64,000 nt of DNA from assembly GCA_002633005.1 (NCBI GenBank), contig NMRA01000355.1, positions 73,390-137,389 of the forward strand, written 5' to 3'. The notes under the pieces are model-generated. The model saw only the letters and a program-made list of their open reading frames with translations, ran no database searches and had not been told where the DNA came from. A program made the translations under genes and the position numbers. The number at the start of each line of letters is the position of its first letter. The stretch's first letter is position 1. Positions 40,301-52,944 of this stretch are shown here, piece by piece. This DNA comes from Phoronis australis. Taxonomy: Eukaryota; Animalia; Phoronida.

Positions 40301-43300
40301 GACTGAGGAGAGGTCGCTTTTTTATCAATACAGAAGGTCCTGTCACTTAATGAAGGGGATGTTGTAATCTCTCACCTGATCGGGAAACAGGCCAGTGCTC
40401 AAAAGGCCCCAAATGGCTGCCATGAGATGCACAGGGATGACCCCTGCCGGATCATCCACTTTTATTTTTTCTAGAAGCATGGTTCCTGTGACAGCAATGA
40501 CTCCACCCACCGCCCCAATAATTAACGACTCCCAAGGATTCACCAGCGCACACAACCCTGCAAGCAAATGACGAAAGCCTAAGTAGCATTGCAAAAACAT
40601 ACAAAATCGTCTCGTGTTTACACTGTGCCTCGTTTTGAGTTTACTGAAACAATGCCCCATCTGCTGCAAAATATAGCTGGAGGGTCATTTTTGAGACGTA
40701 CAACATTCGTATGCGATATTAAGACAAAGAAGCAAAAAGGATCTCTTCGCTATATTCTTATGAACGCACTGGTTGTCAGCAATTTGCATCTCAAAAACTT
40801 ATCCATTACGGCCGGTAACTCATACATGTACTAACAAATGCAAGTGATAATTGTTGTTAGTTTTGAAAATGAAGGTGGAAACCGTTGATGCTGTCAAAAA
40901 TGATGACGATGCTTGTTTACGGAAAGAAAGCGGCGAAAACAATAGATGTACATGTAGGTGTGGAAACAACGGTGACGACAAATTCGAACTCTCATGTAAA
41001 AGGGGGCAATTGACAAGAAATCGGCAAAATAATAAGGCTTATAAAGGCATCGAAAAACCTTAAGTGACACGAGAAAGGTGAGTAGTTAAAAAGGAAGGTA
41101 CTATTCGATAATTGTGTTAATATTTACTGCTTACACGAATTCGACATTATGCGTGAAAGCGAGGTTTTATGTCCAAACTACATTGGTTCCGCACGTTTGG
41201 AACACGCGCGCTTTCACGTTTGCATTAAAATTGATACCAAAACGAGGCATTGTGCCCTAAACAACACTGCACGAGTACAGTAGCTTACAAGCAGTGAATA
41301 AAAGAAATCTGTCAACGTTTTTATTTACAAGCCTCTTCATGGAGTTTACAAGATACATGTACTGCTGCAGACTGCCGTAGTAGAGGACTGTTATATGCGC
41401 AATGCTAAGTCTTTCATTCGGTTGTTGGTTGGGAATAAACAAAAGGTAAAATTCTACTATTTTTCATTTGAAAATTGATCGAAAATAACATCTTAAAACA
41501 CCATCACGCCGCAAACTAATCCACAGAGCACCTTAAAAGTTGCTAAAAACCAAATACAAAAATCAGGCGAAGTTTTGGCACTCAAATGAAGATTACCGGA
41601 TGCCCTTTGAAAATGCAGACTGTCCCCTGATAGAGAGGTTTAATGCTTCCGTTATAAAGATCTTCTTCTTTCTTCTTTCGCATTCTTTTAAACCATTTTA
41701 AAACTACACTACTTACTGAACCTCATAAAACGAAAAATGGGCTATTTGGACCAAAATATTCACGATGCTCCAACTTAAAATGCAATGGCCCAAAATGAAA
41801 TAAAAAATTTGAACATATTTCACCAGCGTGTATGTACACACAATTTTTTCAAGATCTAAGTCGATGACGCAAGGGTCGACCTTTTGATGTTCTTTTTGTA
41901 CCAATTCTTGTGAATGTGATCATTTCTCTTGTTGCCCAACAGAAAAATCATGACAGTATTCAGCGTCTTGAATTGATGTACCTTTGTTTATTTGTGTGTA
42001 GGCTTTTCCTGGTATTGGTTGATTTTGAATTCACCAAAAGCGAAGCGTTATTTGAAAAACATATGACCTGCATCATTTTAAATGCATTTATACCAGTCGA
42101 AGTCGATACATTTCTGAGTCTGTCCATAAAGCTACATGTATTACACAGTAGGTCTACTGATAGAACTGGGCTAAGGTCACTAAATGTGTTCCAAACGAAT
42201 CTGTCGTGTCTTGTTTTACCCTCAGTTAAAACATAAAAGCTAGGTTTCATCAACATCCTACAAAGGATGCGATATTTAGCTTCATCAACATACAATAAAG
42301 GGTTCAACAGATTTACATAGAAAGGCAAACGCAAAATACAAAACTTCCTTTAGAATGCCCAACAACTGTTGGGTCCAAAATTGACGACTGCCGCCGTGTC
42401 CTCGTTTGATTAAATGAAAGGATGTATTTAATGAAGTTTAGTAAATTATAGTTGCTGATGATCAAATAAATTATCATCACGTGACAGAGCAGACGCTGGT
42501 AACCAGGAAACCCGCTGGACGCCCGCAGAGAAGTCCTCCAGGCATAAGTCACAGTAATATACAGTGCAATGCTGTTTTGCACATGGAATCTATGGTAACC
42601 AACATAAAATTTATATTTCCTTAACAGTGCTGGAGGATCTAAATTGTATAACACACAAACCACCTGTTGTTGATGTATCCTTGAAGCTATCAATATAGAT
42701 TTTGATGTAAGAAATTTTACCATGACGATTTAGTGAAACTTGTCAAATCCACAGAATCACTACTATCAAAACAAATATATGTGAAATCTTTAATAACTTA
42801 ATGTTCTTAAAAAATCTCCCTTTGGCTTATACATGTGCTCCATGTATACGACATGTCCGGATTGTCAGAGATTGACTGTGGGTTTGTGTAAAAGGTACAT
42901 GTAGCTACTGTATGCTTTAAGATTGTGCCTAGATGGAAAGAGAGAGAGAGTAATTAAATCAAGTTATTAATTTATTATCCGATAACCACCAATTAGACAA
43001 CTGAAACATGTTGTTAATTAAGTAATCAACTACGAAGAAGAGTAACCACGCTAGAGCCCTTTTTAAAGATTACTTCAATAAATCAACCTAAATAATCAAA
43101 CGTCTTATCTGCTATCCAAGCTGTAGGACCCTCCGCTTGTTGAATGACAGTCTTGTTGGCGAATCTTCGAACTACACACACTGTATTGCCACAGTATACT
43201 TTCTGGTCACAGTCTCTGGTGACGCAACACTTGCAGGCTGTATCTTTTACCCATGATTCACCTTACTGGCCACCGCCTCTCGTTACGCAACACTTGCAGG

Positions 43301-46300
43301 CAACATCTTCTATGCACGATTACTCTCGCTGGTCACAATCCCTCGTAACGCAACACGTATAGGCAGTATCTTACTACTCACGATACAAGTCACAAGCTCT
43401 TAGTTAACTTGCTGTTCGTTAACCCTTGCCCTTGCCAAGATCCTCTTCATAATGTTCCACGAGATGGCTCTGTTGTATAATTTCCTCTGTACACTGTAGC
43501 AAAGTCCTATGGCTTCAACTACTATAGCTCATCTGAATATGTTGTTAAGTTCAAATTATAATAATCTAATTATTTAGCGATTCGCTAATAAAACCACATG
43601 ATCGTATCTAATCATATCATTGACTACTACGATTTGCTCTCAGAAATTTCTAAAATGTCTAGAGTACTTTGACACCAAAACCAAAGTAGTAAACAGATTT
43701 TGATGTTAAAATACGTGTCAACAAGATTGACCCCGTGTTTTAAAAGTACATGTGCACAAATTGTGGGCAAATTATAATGGATCTATCTGTGCTAATTACT
43801 CAATCAGTATTTATTATGACAATGATCAACAGATAACATGTTTTGAAGTGTTTTAAAGGCTTTTAACTTACCAGTAACACTTACAAGAGACCCAAGAATG
43901 GAGTTGATCATGAACCCGACGTCGAATTTCCGTTTTTTAACGATAAAGCTGAAAAAAAAAACAAATACGTAGGATCCGCAGTCGCCTTAGTTGAGACGCT
44001 ATTACTATAAATGCGTTAACACGTACGCAGTGCCTGAATCATAAGACATGCTGCATTTGCCGGCGCACACATAGATGTAAATGAAACTATAGAAATTTCC
44101 TTCACTGCTCGCTGGGTATATATTGCGTGACAAGTTTGTAGATTTTTGTTCACTTCGTTAAAATCACGACTCGACATTTTCTTTGCAAGCTTCATACATG
44201 TACTTGTACGCTCGTAATTTCAGGGCAGTATCCTTTCTTCAGGTGTGCAGGTATGAAATAAATCACCGAGAGACATAACAAACAAAGAAACTAATTAAAA
44301 CACTAGCTATATTTCGTGACTGCATGTCACTTCATCAGACACTGAGTGGAATGAACATATACATAGCAAAATAAACAGTGAAGTACACGTGACAGCGGGA
44401 AGAGGGGCATACAAGCAGAGAATGTGAATGCAACACACGGTAAGAAGCCCGCAACCCCGTCGAAATACATGTAGAGCCAGCGTGTGGTGGACACCTATGA
44501 GCTGCTCATTCAGCACAGGCTTTTCGTGAGTGATCAATAGCCATTTCAAAATCTGTAGCCGAAATGTGCCATTTTCAACATAGCGAATAATGGTATTATC
44601 TACTATTTCTTGCTTAGTTATTTTCCGGCCACGTTGGTATAAAAATGATCTTGAATGGATTCTTCCTGCAAGTGCATGAACAGCCGTTGCGAGACAGAAC
44701 ACACCGTCCAATGTAACGATGTTCACGAGAATGAGCACGAAGACATTCTTCCATAAAACAAGTGAATTCCTAATCAACATCACATTTGACCACTGGTCGT
44801 AGTCTTTTACTACTGGGGTTGTTTGTCATGACAAGGTGACGTGACTTTATACTCAGATAATAAAAAATCACATTCAATATATCACCAGGTTTGACCACCT
44901 TAACGGTATCACTTAAAATCTTCTTACGAACATGTTCGTCACGGTTGGGGCAGAAATCTGTTGAGACTTACGATATTTATTAGGTTACGTGATTTGGCCA
45001 ACAGATGGCATGCTAACCACAATTATGCATGTTTACGAATTAGGCAACTTATTACAAGTATATTTATTGTAAGGAATGGAAGGCACTGATATTTAATAAA
45101 ATGATGCTTGTGGCAATCTAACGGACTATCAAGTCAGATTTCAATATTAATTACAGTGTACATTTGGGTTGATATCGTTTTTAAGAATCCACCAGAGTGA
45201 TGATTTTTATTTTGAAACCTAATTTTGTACTGGATCTTGTGATTTAGATTTTGCCATGCACTAGTTCTGTTTTATTTGAATCAGACCGTTAAACATGTTA
45301 TACTAAGGGTAGACCAGTTACTTGCCTGTAAGCAAGTGTTTCTTTTTGGTTCGCGAGTCTTAAATCAATACGCAAAATAAATTCGATGTCTGTATTGACA
45401 CTGTCCATTAATGGTTTTTCACAGAGGTTGCCAATCATACCATTAGAACCCGATGAGAGAATCGAGCACAATCAGCGCAGCGGGATCGTACGACCATTTT
45501 ACTAGTTTACGCTGGTTAAATACCCGAACATACTCGTGCACCATTTGCTATTCCTTCGCTGGGTTACATAATGTGCTCTTACGGATCCCGCTGTCTTACA
45601 AGAAACTCGCTCTACAGAACGCTCCCCTGGCCAGGGCGTATTCAGTATCATAGAATTTATATTAACGAAGTGGTTAAGATTACAGTTAGAAAATATGTTT
45701 TACGTTGATGTTTATATTTACCTGATAGCCAGCCCTGACATACCACCAGCCATCGAAGAGCACAAAGTTGTCACGGCAGCGCGGGCAGCAATCTTCCATC
45801 TTCCCTGAGAAATCCCATAAGTACTTCCACAGTTAAACCCGAGCCAACCCCACCTATCAGGAAGTATAAGAATCGTCTATATCGGATAGTTTCAGATCAT
45901 TTGACATCAATGCATTAATTTCCTCCTAACAATCTTAAGGAACGATGAGGAACAAATGGCAGCGTACGCTGAGAGAATAAAATTGTAGAAGACGACTGTA
46001 AGTATAGTCTGAGTAAAACATATGAAGCTCTAACAACAAAAATGTTCAGATAGTCATAAGATGTGCAATGTTCATCAATCGCAATTTCTTTCAAACGGCA
46101 TGAGGTCATTACATTATCCAGTTTTACTGTTTTAGATGTGATATTCGCTCTAAAGTCGGAAACCGATGCGTCCAAGTGACATCACTTACCACAACATAAA
46201 CATTCCCAGAAGTGAATTCGTGGGACATCCCATAGTTAGAGACGATTTTCCATCTTCATCGAATCTATTATATCGTGGTCCAATCATAATGGTCGCCACT

Positions 46301-46745
46301 AGACCAGTAACTCCACCCACTAAGTGTACTGGCCCCGCCCCGGCCACGTCAACAACACCAAGCTGTTTCAGCCAACCGTTTCCAGCCCATATCCAATGGG
46401 CAGGGAAGCAATAGACAAACGTATTTAATAGTGAAAATAACATGTACGCAGACAGCTTCGTCCTCTCTGCCATACATCCGGAGACAATAGTAGTAGAAGT
46501 TGTGGCAAAAGACATTTGAAAGAAGAAAAGTGAATAGAGCCATCCCATGTCCTTGTCCGAAGCCTCTGTGAAGAAACTTCCCCAACCACAAAATGGGTTT
46601 GAGTACTTTGGATCTTCGCCGAATGCGAATCCAAAACCAAGCATCCAAAATGTTAGACCGCCGAAGACGACATCTACGACATTCTTTATCATGATGTTAA
46701 CCTCGTTCTTGAGAGATACGCACCCTGATTCCAACAGTCCAAAAC
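33652..46745 (-). CDS. Amt: Ammonium transporter gene B, paralog of gene A; 5'-partial spliced CDS complement(join 46745-46190, 45853-45722, 43948-43872, 40557-40376, 37106-36972, 34311-33652)
   Basis: Exons 2-6 have the same lengths as gene A (556/132/77/182/135) with canonical splice sites and no internal stops. Last exon is 660 nt. Exon 1 not found in the window. Confidence 0.93.
34439..34859. mobile_element. MITE family B copy in gene B intron 6
   Basis: TIRs C.CGCTGG.TCC.TGC / GCAGGGAACCAGCGAG; interior is homologous (reverse orientation) to 62470-63050. Confidence 0.8.
36972..37106 (-). CDS. Amt: Amt gene B exon 6 (EDILSLTEGRRGLFKGGGFYLLGVQ...LILK)
   Basis: Acceptor TTTTCCAAAG|, donor AAG|GTATGT; 135 nt. 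Confidence 0.93.
37600..38100 (-). mobile_element. Possible heavily degraded DDE transposase C-terminus (Sola-like)
   Basis: Mixed-frame peptides LKINKTSGFCLSQ / WVLSSAFENSMQLV / VRVYSNW / CLHHF / PSKMIP recall the C-terminal motif order of that family, from memory only. Confidence 0.25.
40376..40557 (-). CDS. Amt: Amt gene B exon 5 (GLCALVNPWES...DDPAGVIPVH...LFPDQ)
   Basis: Acceptor GCTTGCAG|, donor CAG|GTGAGA; 182 nt. Confidence 0.95.
42360..43830 (+). repeat. Intron-4 segment of gene B homologous to 13385-14560 (same genomic strand, so inverted relative to gene B)
   Basis: Same colinear blocks, and three ~63-bp internal repeats at ~43200-43390. Confidence 0.8.
43872..43948 (-). CDS. Amt: Amt gene B exon 4 (SFIVKKRKFDVGFMINSILGSLVSVT)
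   Basis: Acceptor TTTTTTCAG|, donor TG|GTAAGT; 77 nt. Confidence 0.94.
44206..44248 (-). ncRNA. Second, degenerate hammerhead-like core
   Basis: Minus strand: gcacac-CUGAAGA-aagg(auacug)cccu-GAAA-uuac-gagcgu; stems I and III imperfect. Confidence 0.35.
44301..44348 (-). ncRNA. Minimal type-I hammerhead-ribozyme-like motif
   Basis: Minus strand: cacucagugu-CUGAUGA-a-GUGAC(augca)GUCAC-GAA-AUAU-A-gcuagug. Intact core and stem II, palindromic stem III, weak stem I. Confidence 0.55.
45722..45853 (-). CDS. Amt: Amt gene B exon 3 (WGWLGFNCGSTYGISQGRWKIAARAAVTTL...)
   Basis: Acceptor CTGATAG|, donor AG|GTAAAT; 132 nt. Confidence 0.94.
46190..46745 (-). CDS. Amt: Amt gene B exon 2
   Basis: Acceptor CATTCCAG|, donor TG|GTAAGT; ORF 46186-46776; DVAGAGPVH motif. 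Confidence 0.95.
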
Positions 46746-46758
46746 CTGGAATGAGAGC

Positions 46759-47443
46759 AACTGAAGCTAAATACACTTTTCTGGATAAATTGCGTAAACA
46801 GAATTGGCGTCTTGATATTTACAAGTTGGGGCCAATGAATAAAGGCCAGTTTTTGATATATGAATAGATTTGAAGCAGAAGGCAGATCATGAGCACGGGG
46901 TGTGGAGGGGTTTCCTGCCGCAAAGGATCCACGTGATTTGTCTGAAAACATGCGTGCCCTTGTAGACGCAATAATCCGTTCAACACTTTGGGGCATGTCG
47001 CCATGTGTTACAGGTGCAGCACGTGAGCACATTAGTTTTCTTCGTGACGTTCTTGCGTTTACGGAGCTCAGCCCAACCATTCCAATGGGAAGGTTACTTT
47101 GCTNAACTGAAGCTAAATACACTTTTCTGGATAAATTGCGTAAACAGAATTGGCGTCTTGATATTTACAAGCTGGGGCCAATGAATAAAGGCCAGTTTTT
47201 GATATATGAATAGATTTGAAGCAGAAGGCAGATCATGAGGGTGGAGGGGTTTCCTGCCGCAAAGGATCCACGTGATTTGTCTGAAAACATGCGTGCCCTT
47301 GTAGACGCAATAATCCGTTCAACACTTTGGGGCATGTCGCCATGTGTTATAGGTGCAGCACGTGAGCACATTAGTTTTCTTCGTGACGTTCTTGCGTTTA
47401 CGGAGCTCAGCCCAACCATTCCAATGGGAAGGTTACTTTGCTA
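46759..47443 (+). repeat. ~345-bp tandem duplication across a single N (47104), probable assembly artefact
   Basis: 46759-47103 versus 47105-47443 differ by a few SNPs and one small indel. Confidence 0.85.
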
Positions 47444-47544
47444 CGACTTGCAAAACCTTGTGAATATGCAAATGTTAAAAAGCAATGTGTAACCGGAAAA
47501 ACTAAAGCTCAATACACCACTGGTGTTTATAGGCATAGTGTGCT

Positions 47545-47760
47545 TTCGCGTAGCCAGTCTAAAGATGGGGGGCTCGAATTTTTGAAAATGTGTAGCTTTT
47601 ACTAAGATTCACGGGGTAAGTTCAGACGTATGAGTTGTGTATTCGCCGAATTTTGGTAGTTGCTGCGATTTTTAGGGAATTTTTGTCTCGTTTTCTTCTT
47701 TTTCGGAGTTTTTGTTACTCTGAGGCGGACCTTATTTCCACTTCGTAAGCGCACGGCATG
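47545..47760 (-). mobile_element. MITE family A diverged copy in gene B intron 1
   Basis: GGGGGGCTCGAATTTTTGAAAATGTG..CTTTTACTAAGATT..GTTCAGA matches the 24185 copy. Confidence 0.7.
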
Positions 47761-50700
47761 TACACCATAGTTATATTAACTCCTTAGGCGACGTTTATAC
47801 ATTCATGAGGTACTGCGCACGGTTTTCACTACATACGATTTGATACCAGCGTTACACAATGCTGATACAATCAAGTCAATTGGTTCCCGCCATATAGCTT
47901 CGAAGAAGTGTGCTAATAGTAAAACTTAATTAAAATTTGCAAATGAATCGATTCAGTGACTTTGGATAGATGACAAGCGTTAAACCATTGGCTTACATTC
48001 TCGACTCTGTAATCACAATGTCAGCAAGATTCACGCGCACAACTGGTGTTTGAAAATATAGTACTTCTTACGTACAATTGACATAACTTTCAGTTAACTT
48101 GTTTACCTATATCGAACATCTATAAATAATTTACTTCAAAAAAGTTTGCTCCAGTAGATGGTAAGTTATTGATGCGCTTAACTTAAGTTTCAATAAAAAA
48201 GGCCCGACATACCAAAGCTCCACATAATTACCCACAATGCAACACATGTGCCAAGCGTTTGTCTTGCTCGTCTACATACATTGTACAAGTGTACCAGTCA
48301 CTTTAACCCACATTTTAACCGCCACAAACGTGTGCCACGGATTTTGAGCTGCAATTCCAACGTTACGAAATTGGAATACATGTACAAATGTAATCAGTGT
48401 TGTACATATATGCTTCCTTTTGCCACTCAGAAGTGCCCGGTATTTTGAAAATTACGTTAATCTTGCAGTGTGTTTTCTACCTCACCTAAAGCGAACAAAG
48501 TCGGGTTGTGACTCAATTGTTTTTTATTTAACTTAAAGAGGCCTGGAACGCGAATAACCGTTTAAACTGATTTGTTCAAAGACGTTCTATTCCACAGAGA
48601 CAAACTCAACCACTTCAACGGGTATTGTTACAGTTTGTTCGCAAACATTAAATTTCTGTTAATGTCAAATTGTTTTTCTTTTAGTTTCAATCAAAAAAAA
48701 ACGATCTGTCAACAAGGCAAAGCACGTGTCTTTGTTTGTTATGACAAGATCTAGTCATAGCACATTTCCTTGATCTAGAATATGTGGAAGAACTGAATAA
48801 GTCCATAGTAGTCGATGCTGAATGGTACTTTTGTCAAAAATTGTTTAAAAGATATTTTGTCGACCTTTCGCGCGCCATGCCTCCTTAATTCTTAATTCTC
48901 ATTTTTAATTTATATTACTATGCCAATGAATTGCATGGGTGGCCTCTGATTCTGTGTTTTTATATCTTCTAGGCTCCACATACATGTCCGTGTGGTTAGT
49001 AGTCTGTATACAGGTGCAGGTGTATATGATTGTGTTCAGGTGCCTGTGTTTCCCTCCCTTGTACTAGCATCATCGCCGCTTCCGAGGTGACTGGAGGACT
49101 AGAGTAGAGTCATGAGAGCAACATCACTGTTCTTGTACCACCAGCCAAGATCCGTTGCCACAAGTATCCCGCGATTGATTAGCCGTAAGGAACGCGCTTC
49201 TGTATTAAATGATACGCGGGCATTCACCCTCCGAAATTGCTGTTGTGCCTCCCATGTGGTATCGGTGATCCACCAGAAATAGATTTTTCAATTACGCATG
49301 ATTTGTTACTTTGTGTTTTGACAAATGGTTTGTTCAATGAAATGTCCTTATATGTATTCAGTGGGTAATTTTATGTACTGCTCAACCGTTGGCTAATTGT
49401 CACGACGTTTGCTAATTGAAATCATTTTGAATTACAATTTCCATCCAGTCAAGTTTATTGAAGACGCATTATGTCTGTTAATCGCGAGGTTTTAGTGAAG
49501 TTGTTTATCATTCCTTGCAGCAATGAAACTGCATGGTTTTTTTAATTGAATAATGGAAATACTCAGTAATCCTAGATTATGTAGCTCAAGGAACACATGT
49601 GTACGACATTCGATTGGTTCTATACGACAGTCGAATAAACACTCGTATACCACAAGTCGGAGATTTTTTGGGGTTGGGTAGTTTTTAATCGAACTTCTAG
49701 CCCAGGTATTAATTCAATTTGTATTGTCGATGTCGACATGGAACGCTTGCTTAGCACCACCCTTGTTACGTGATCCTTGGTCCGCGTTGTCTGGAGTTTC
49801 ATGTTATGCGGGTCATCAGTGGGTGAGATACGAATTCCTTCGTTTAGGGAAGTAGTGTTGGCCGAGCATTGAGTGGTTTATTACCCAGAGTCTTTCCAGA
49901 GTTGTCTCAAATCCTTGAAGAGCCCATTGTTTCTCATTCAGAAATTTAGGAACGTGGGAGGAAATTCCTTTCTAGGGTCTGTGGTCAGCAACAGGCTACA
50001 TGTACACCATTGTCCGCTACTTACTGTCCACACGAAAAAGGCAAGACATGTCGTCATTGCTATTACCATTAGATGAGTGCAGCAGTGGGTGTGGAAATCG
50101 ATAGGAATACCAGGCTTCCCAAAGAATATTACGGTTTTTGGAGGGTAATCTTTCCTTAGAGTTGTAGTGTAACAAGTCAAAAACGTATGTCACGGATAGT
50201 GATTAGCAATCTTTGTAAGGAGTTGTGGAAACATACCCTCCAAACTTTTGAGGGGTGCTTTAGAGAGCTGGGTGCGAAAGTCGTAGTTAAAATATGGAAA
50301 TAGTGACAAAGCTGGGTTCTGTATCATTTAATGGGTGAGTAAAAATTATCGAAAACATATCTGTTCCCAAACCTTGTTCCAGCAACCAAGGATGTACGAG
50401 CAGAATCAGACTGACGACCTTTAATTGTATAAATTATGCAAATGCATCGTGCACCAACCTACTCGTTTATCCTTTTAAGCTAACTGATCATAGACATGTA
50501 GCACGAAATGTCGATGTTATTTACATTTGGTGTTACGAGCACCATCACAATTTAAAAGAATGGAAGCATTAATTTGCATACATTATACTAATTCACGTTT
50601 TATCTACCTGCAAACCATGTACATTAAGTTTACTGATCGCAGAAACATCTGGGAAGTCACCAAATGATCTACTTGCGGTGCATGCAAATGATAAGGAAGC

Positions 50701-51214
50701 TATTGGTAAAAAATAATTTTGCACTCAGACACGCGCCTGCCACATACGTAATTACGCACGTGCGTCGTATGCAACAATGAATGAATGAAATGTTAGTTTT
50801 TAGTTGTAAAGTAAATTTACGTTATAATAACTCTTCTTCAGTTTAAGCACAGACTATAGTACATGTACAGCCAACTCCGTGTGTTTTCCATGGACGAAAT
50901 CTGTGATTTTACGCATTAGCCGTGACGTCATTATTCACTAGCGACACCTGGCAAAATTAGCAAGTTTTACTTCCGGCAAGTACTCGTCAACTAATCATGG
51001 TCGGCAGAACCAATTCTTGCCTCCCAAAACGTCACTTCCGGAGTAGAGGACGAGTAATTAATTAAAATATAAAAAGCTGTAATTTAGTGAAAAATATGTC
51101 AGGGATAATCAACGAACCTTGTTTTTGTTCAAAAAGACATGAAAAAAGGTTGCCTTCGCTTTTAACGCGAGCGTGCCAAAGTACTGGATGCTGTAAACAT
51201 AAACATCTTAATAC

Positions 51215-52944
51215 TATAGACCTGGCGCACGCGCTACTGCAGCTGACAACTTGGCGCCATATTGGAGAGTGTTCCTACTCATTCGAACCGATTATTCGCC
51301 GTGTAAACAAACGGGGAAAATTGCCCTTTTCAAAGCGCGATGTCTAACATATAACGAGGCGGAAGAGTGTGAGTTTTTTCAGAAACATAAAAACATGTGA
51401 TGACTTGTGAGGACTTACATGCGTTTTTCAAGAGTCCATCAGTCGATAGAGAAAATGTCAAACTAGTAGAAAATCGAGGCCAGTGGCCTGTGCGGCTGGA
51501 CGCCTGTCAATCCACTGCGGGTGATTTTTTTTTCGTTTTTTTCAAGAGAAACCAGTACAATCGCGTAAATTTATCATTTAATAAAAGTGTCGCTCGAAGC
51601 AAATACAATATACCCAGGAGTATACATGAACTTGCCACTCACTTGGGTGGTACGTACTTTCGCGGTGCCCCAATACGCTTTTAAGTATTGAAAAATGCCT
51701 CAGGTAACTGTTTTACTTTAAATATGGGGTCTAAAATTTAATTGAACTGCTGTGAAAATGATCATATGGGGGTCACATCAATAAATAACAGGGTTTTAAG
51801 GTTCATTAGGCCGATATCCCGTTCAGTGACTTGGCAAGACATAGAGCCGTTGTGAGCGTGTGATAACAACTGGCTCCTTTGATAATTGGCGAGCACACTC
51901 TTTAGCCTGGTATGACAACATGCAGGCCAATTATCTACCAGGCTTATTACCGATCACATGTGAACACAGTCAAACCAAGTGCGTTGGTACGTTCGGACAA
52001 AATAGATTGTCTTTAAATCGATTGTAGTTGGGCAATTTTGGTGATTCACGAACTATGAGCATGGTCACTGATGACCTGTGAAAAAACAAATCGGGGTCAT
52101 TTTTTCGCGGTTTCAGTACTTAGCGCTACACCAGCTCGGTTGGCTATAATTCCACTAGGTTTAGAGTGGGAAATTTTGTATTTTGGGTATAGGTCGGGTG
52201 TGCAATTCAGTCGTAAAGGCTTGATATTTTGGTTACTATGCACTTTACTTTTGGTGCAAAATTTTGAGTCACAAAACAAAGAGTTCCCAAGCAAGCAGCA
52301 CAAATTTATAGAACTGTCAACTTCGACAAAAAGTGAACATTTTCAATTTGTTTGTTTTGATACAACATAAAATAACTGACTTTGGAATACATCTTAAGAA
52401 ATGAGTTTTTACCGCATTATACATTTCAATAAAGAACACATTATTCACTTGGATGAGCTGGCGGGTAAGCTCAAGCATGCAGATGTTGCTTTTCAGTACA
52501 AGAATAAAACATTACTATTGCATGAATACCGAATATTTACTTAAGTACAATTAACAAACAGTATTATCAGTATTAGCACTGGATAACAGCATATGCTGAC
52601 CAATAATTATTTTTTAATTCATCTTACTTGGTCTCAATCACCAAGACTGAGTTGGAACCAACTCATGGTCGCTCCGCTTAAACTGCTGTGGAAGAACATA
52701 AAAAAACCTAGCGGCAGCACCACTAAATTCCATGGCCGAAACAAAAAACCCATGACTCAATGGCAGGACTAAGAAAGCCAACTCTTTGGCTGCAGGCATA
52801 ACACTGCGATTCCCCGGATTGCATAACTGATGCCTTAGGGCTCTCATTTTTTCTTTCATTTTTGACCTGTGTAGCACTCTCCAATATGGCGTCATGTTGA
52901 CAACGCGAGCTTCATGTATCTCAGTGGCGCGCGCCCGGTCTATA
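51215..52944. mobile_element. Inverted pair of related ends (TATAGACC...CGCCATATTGGAGAGTG): TIRs of one non-autonomous element, or two facing MITEs
   Basis: 51215-51270 matches the reverse complement of 52874-52944. Confidence 0.5.

Larger units (their letters stand above)
44200..44975 (-). mobile_element. Penelope-like element remnant (GIY-YIG region plus 3' region with hammerhead-like motifs) in gene B intron 3
   Basis: Minus-strand peptides DEHVRKKILSDTVKVVKPGDILNVIFYY..LVMTNNP..EFTC..EEC..YIGR..RLFMHLQEESIQDHF and KITKQEIVDNTIIRYVENGTFRLQILKWLLI; clearly similar to the 16520-17260 copy. Confidence 0.78.

Noticed and set aside
41600-42340. Overlapping 108-136 aa ORFs in gene B intron 4 (similarly 39089-39622) as nested genes
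   Set aside because: No recognisable domain and no consistent splice structure; lengths are compatible with chance or decayed TE.
52812-52830. Minus-strand ATGCAATCCGG (MQSG) matching the end of gene A exon 1, a candidate exon 1 for gene B
   Set aside because: The upstream frame reads NESPKASV rather than the hydrophobic TM1, there is no GT donor, and it lies within a repeat.
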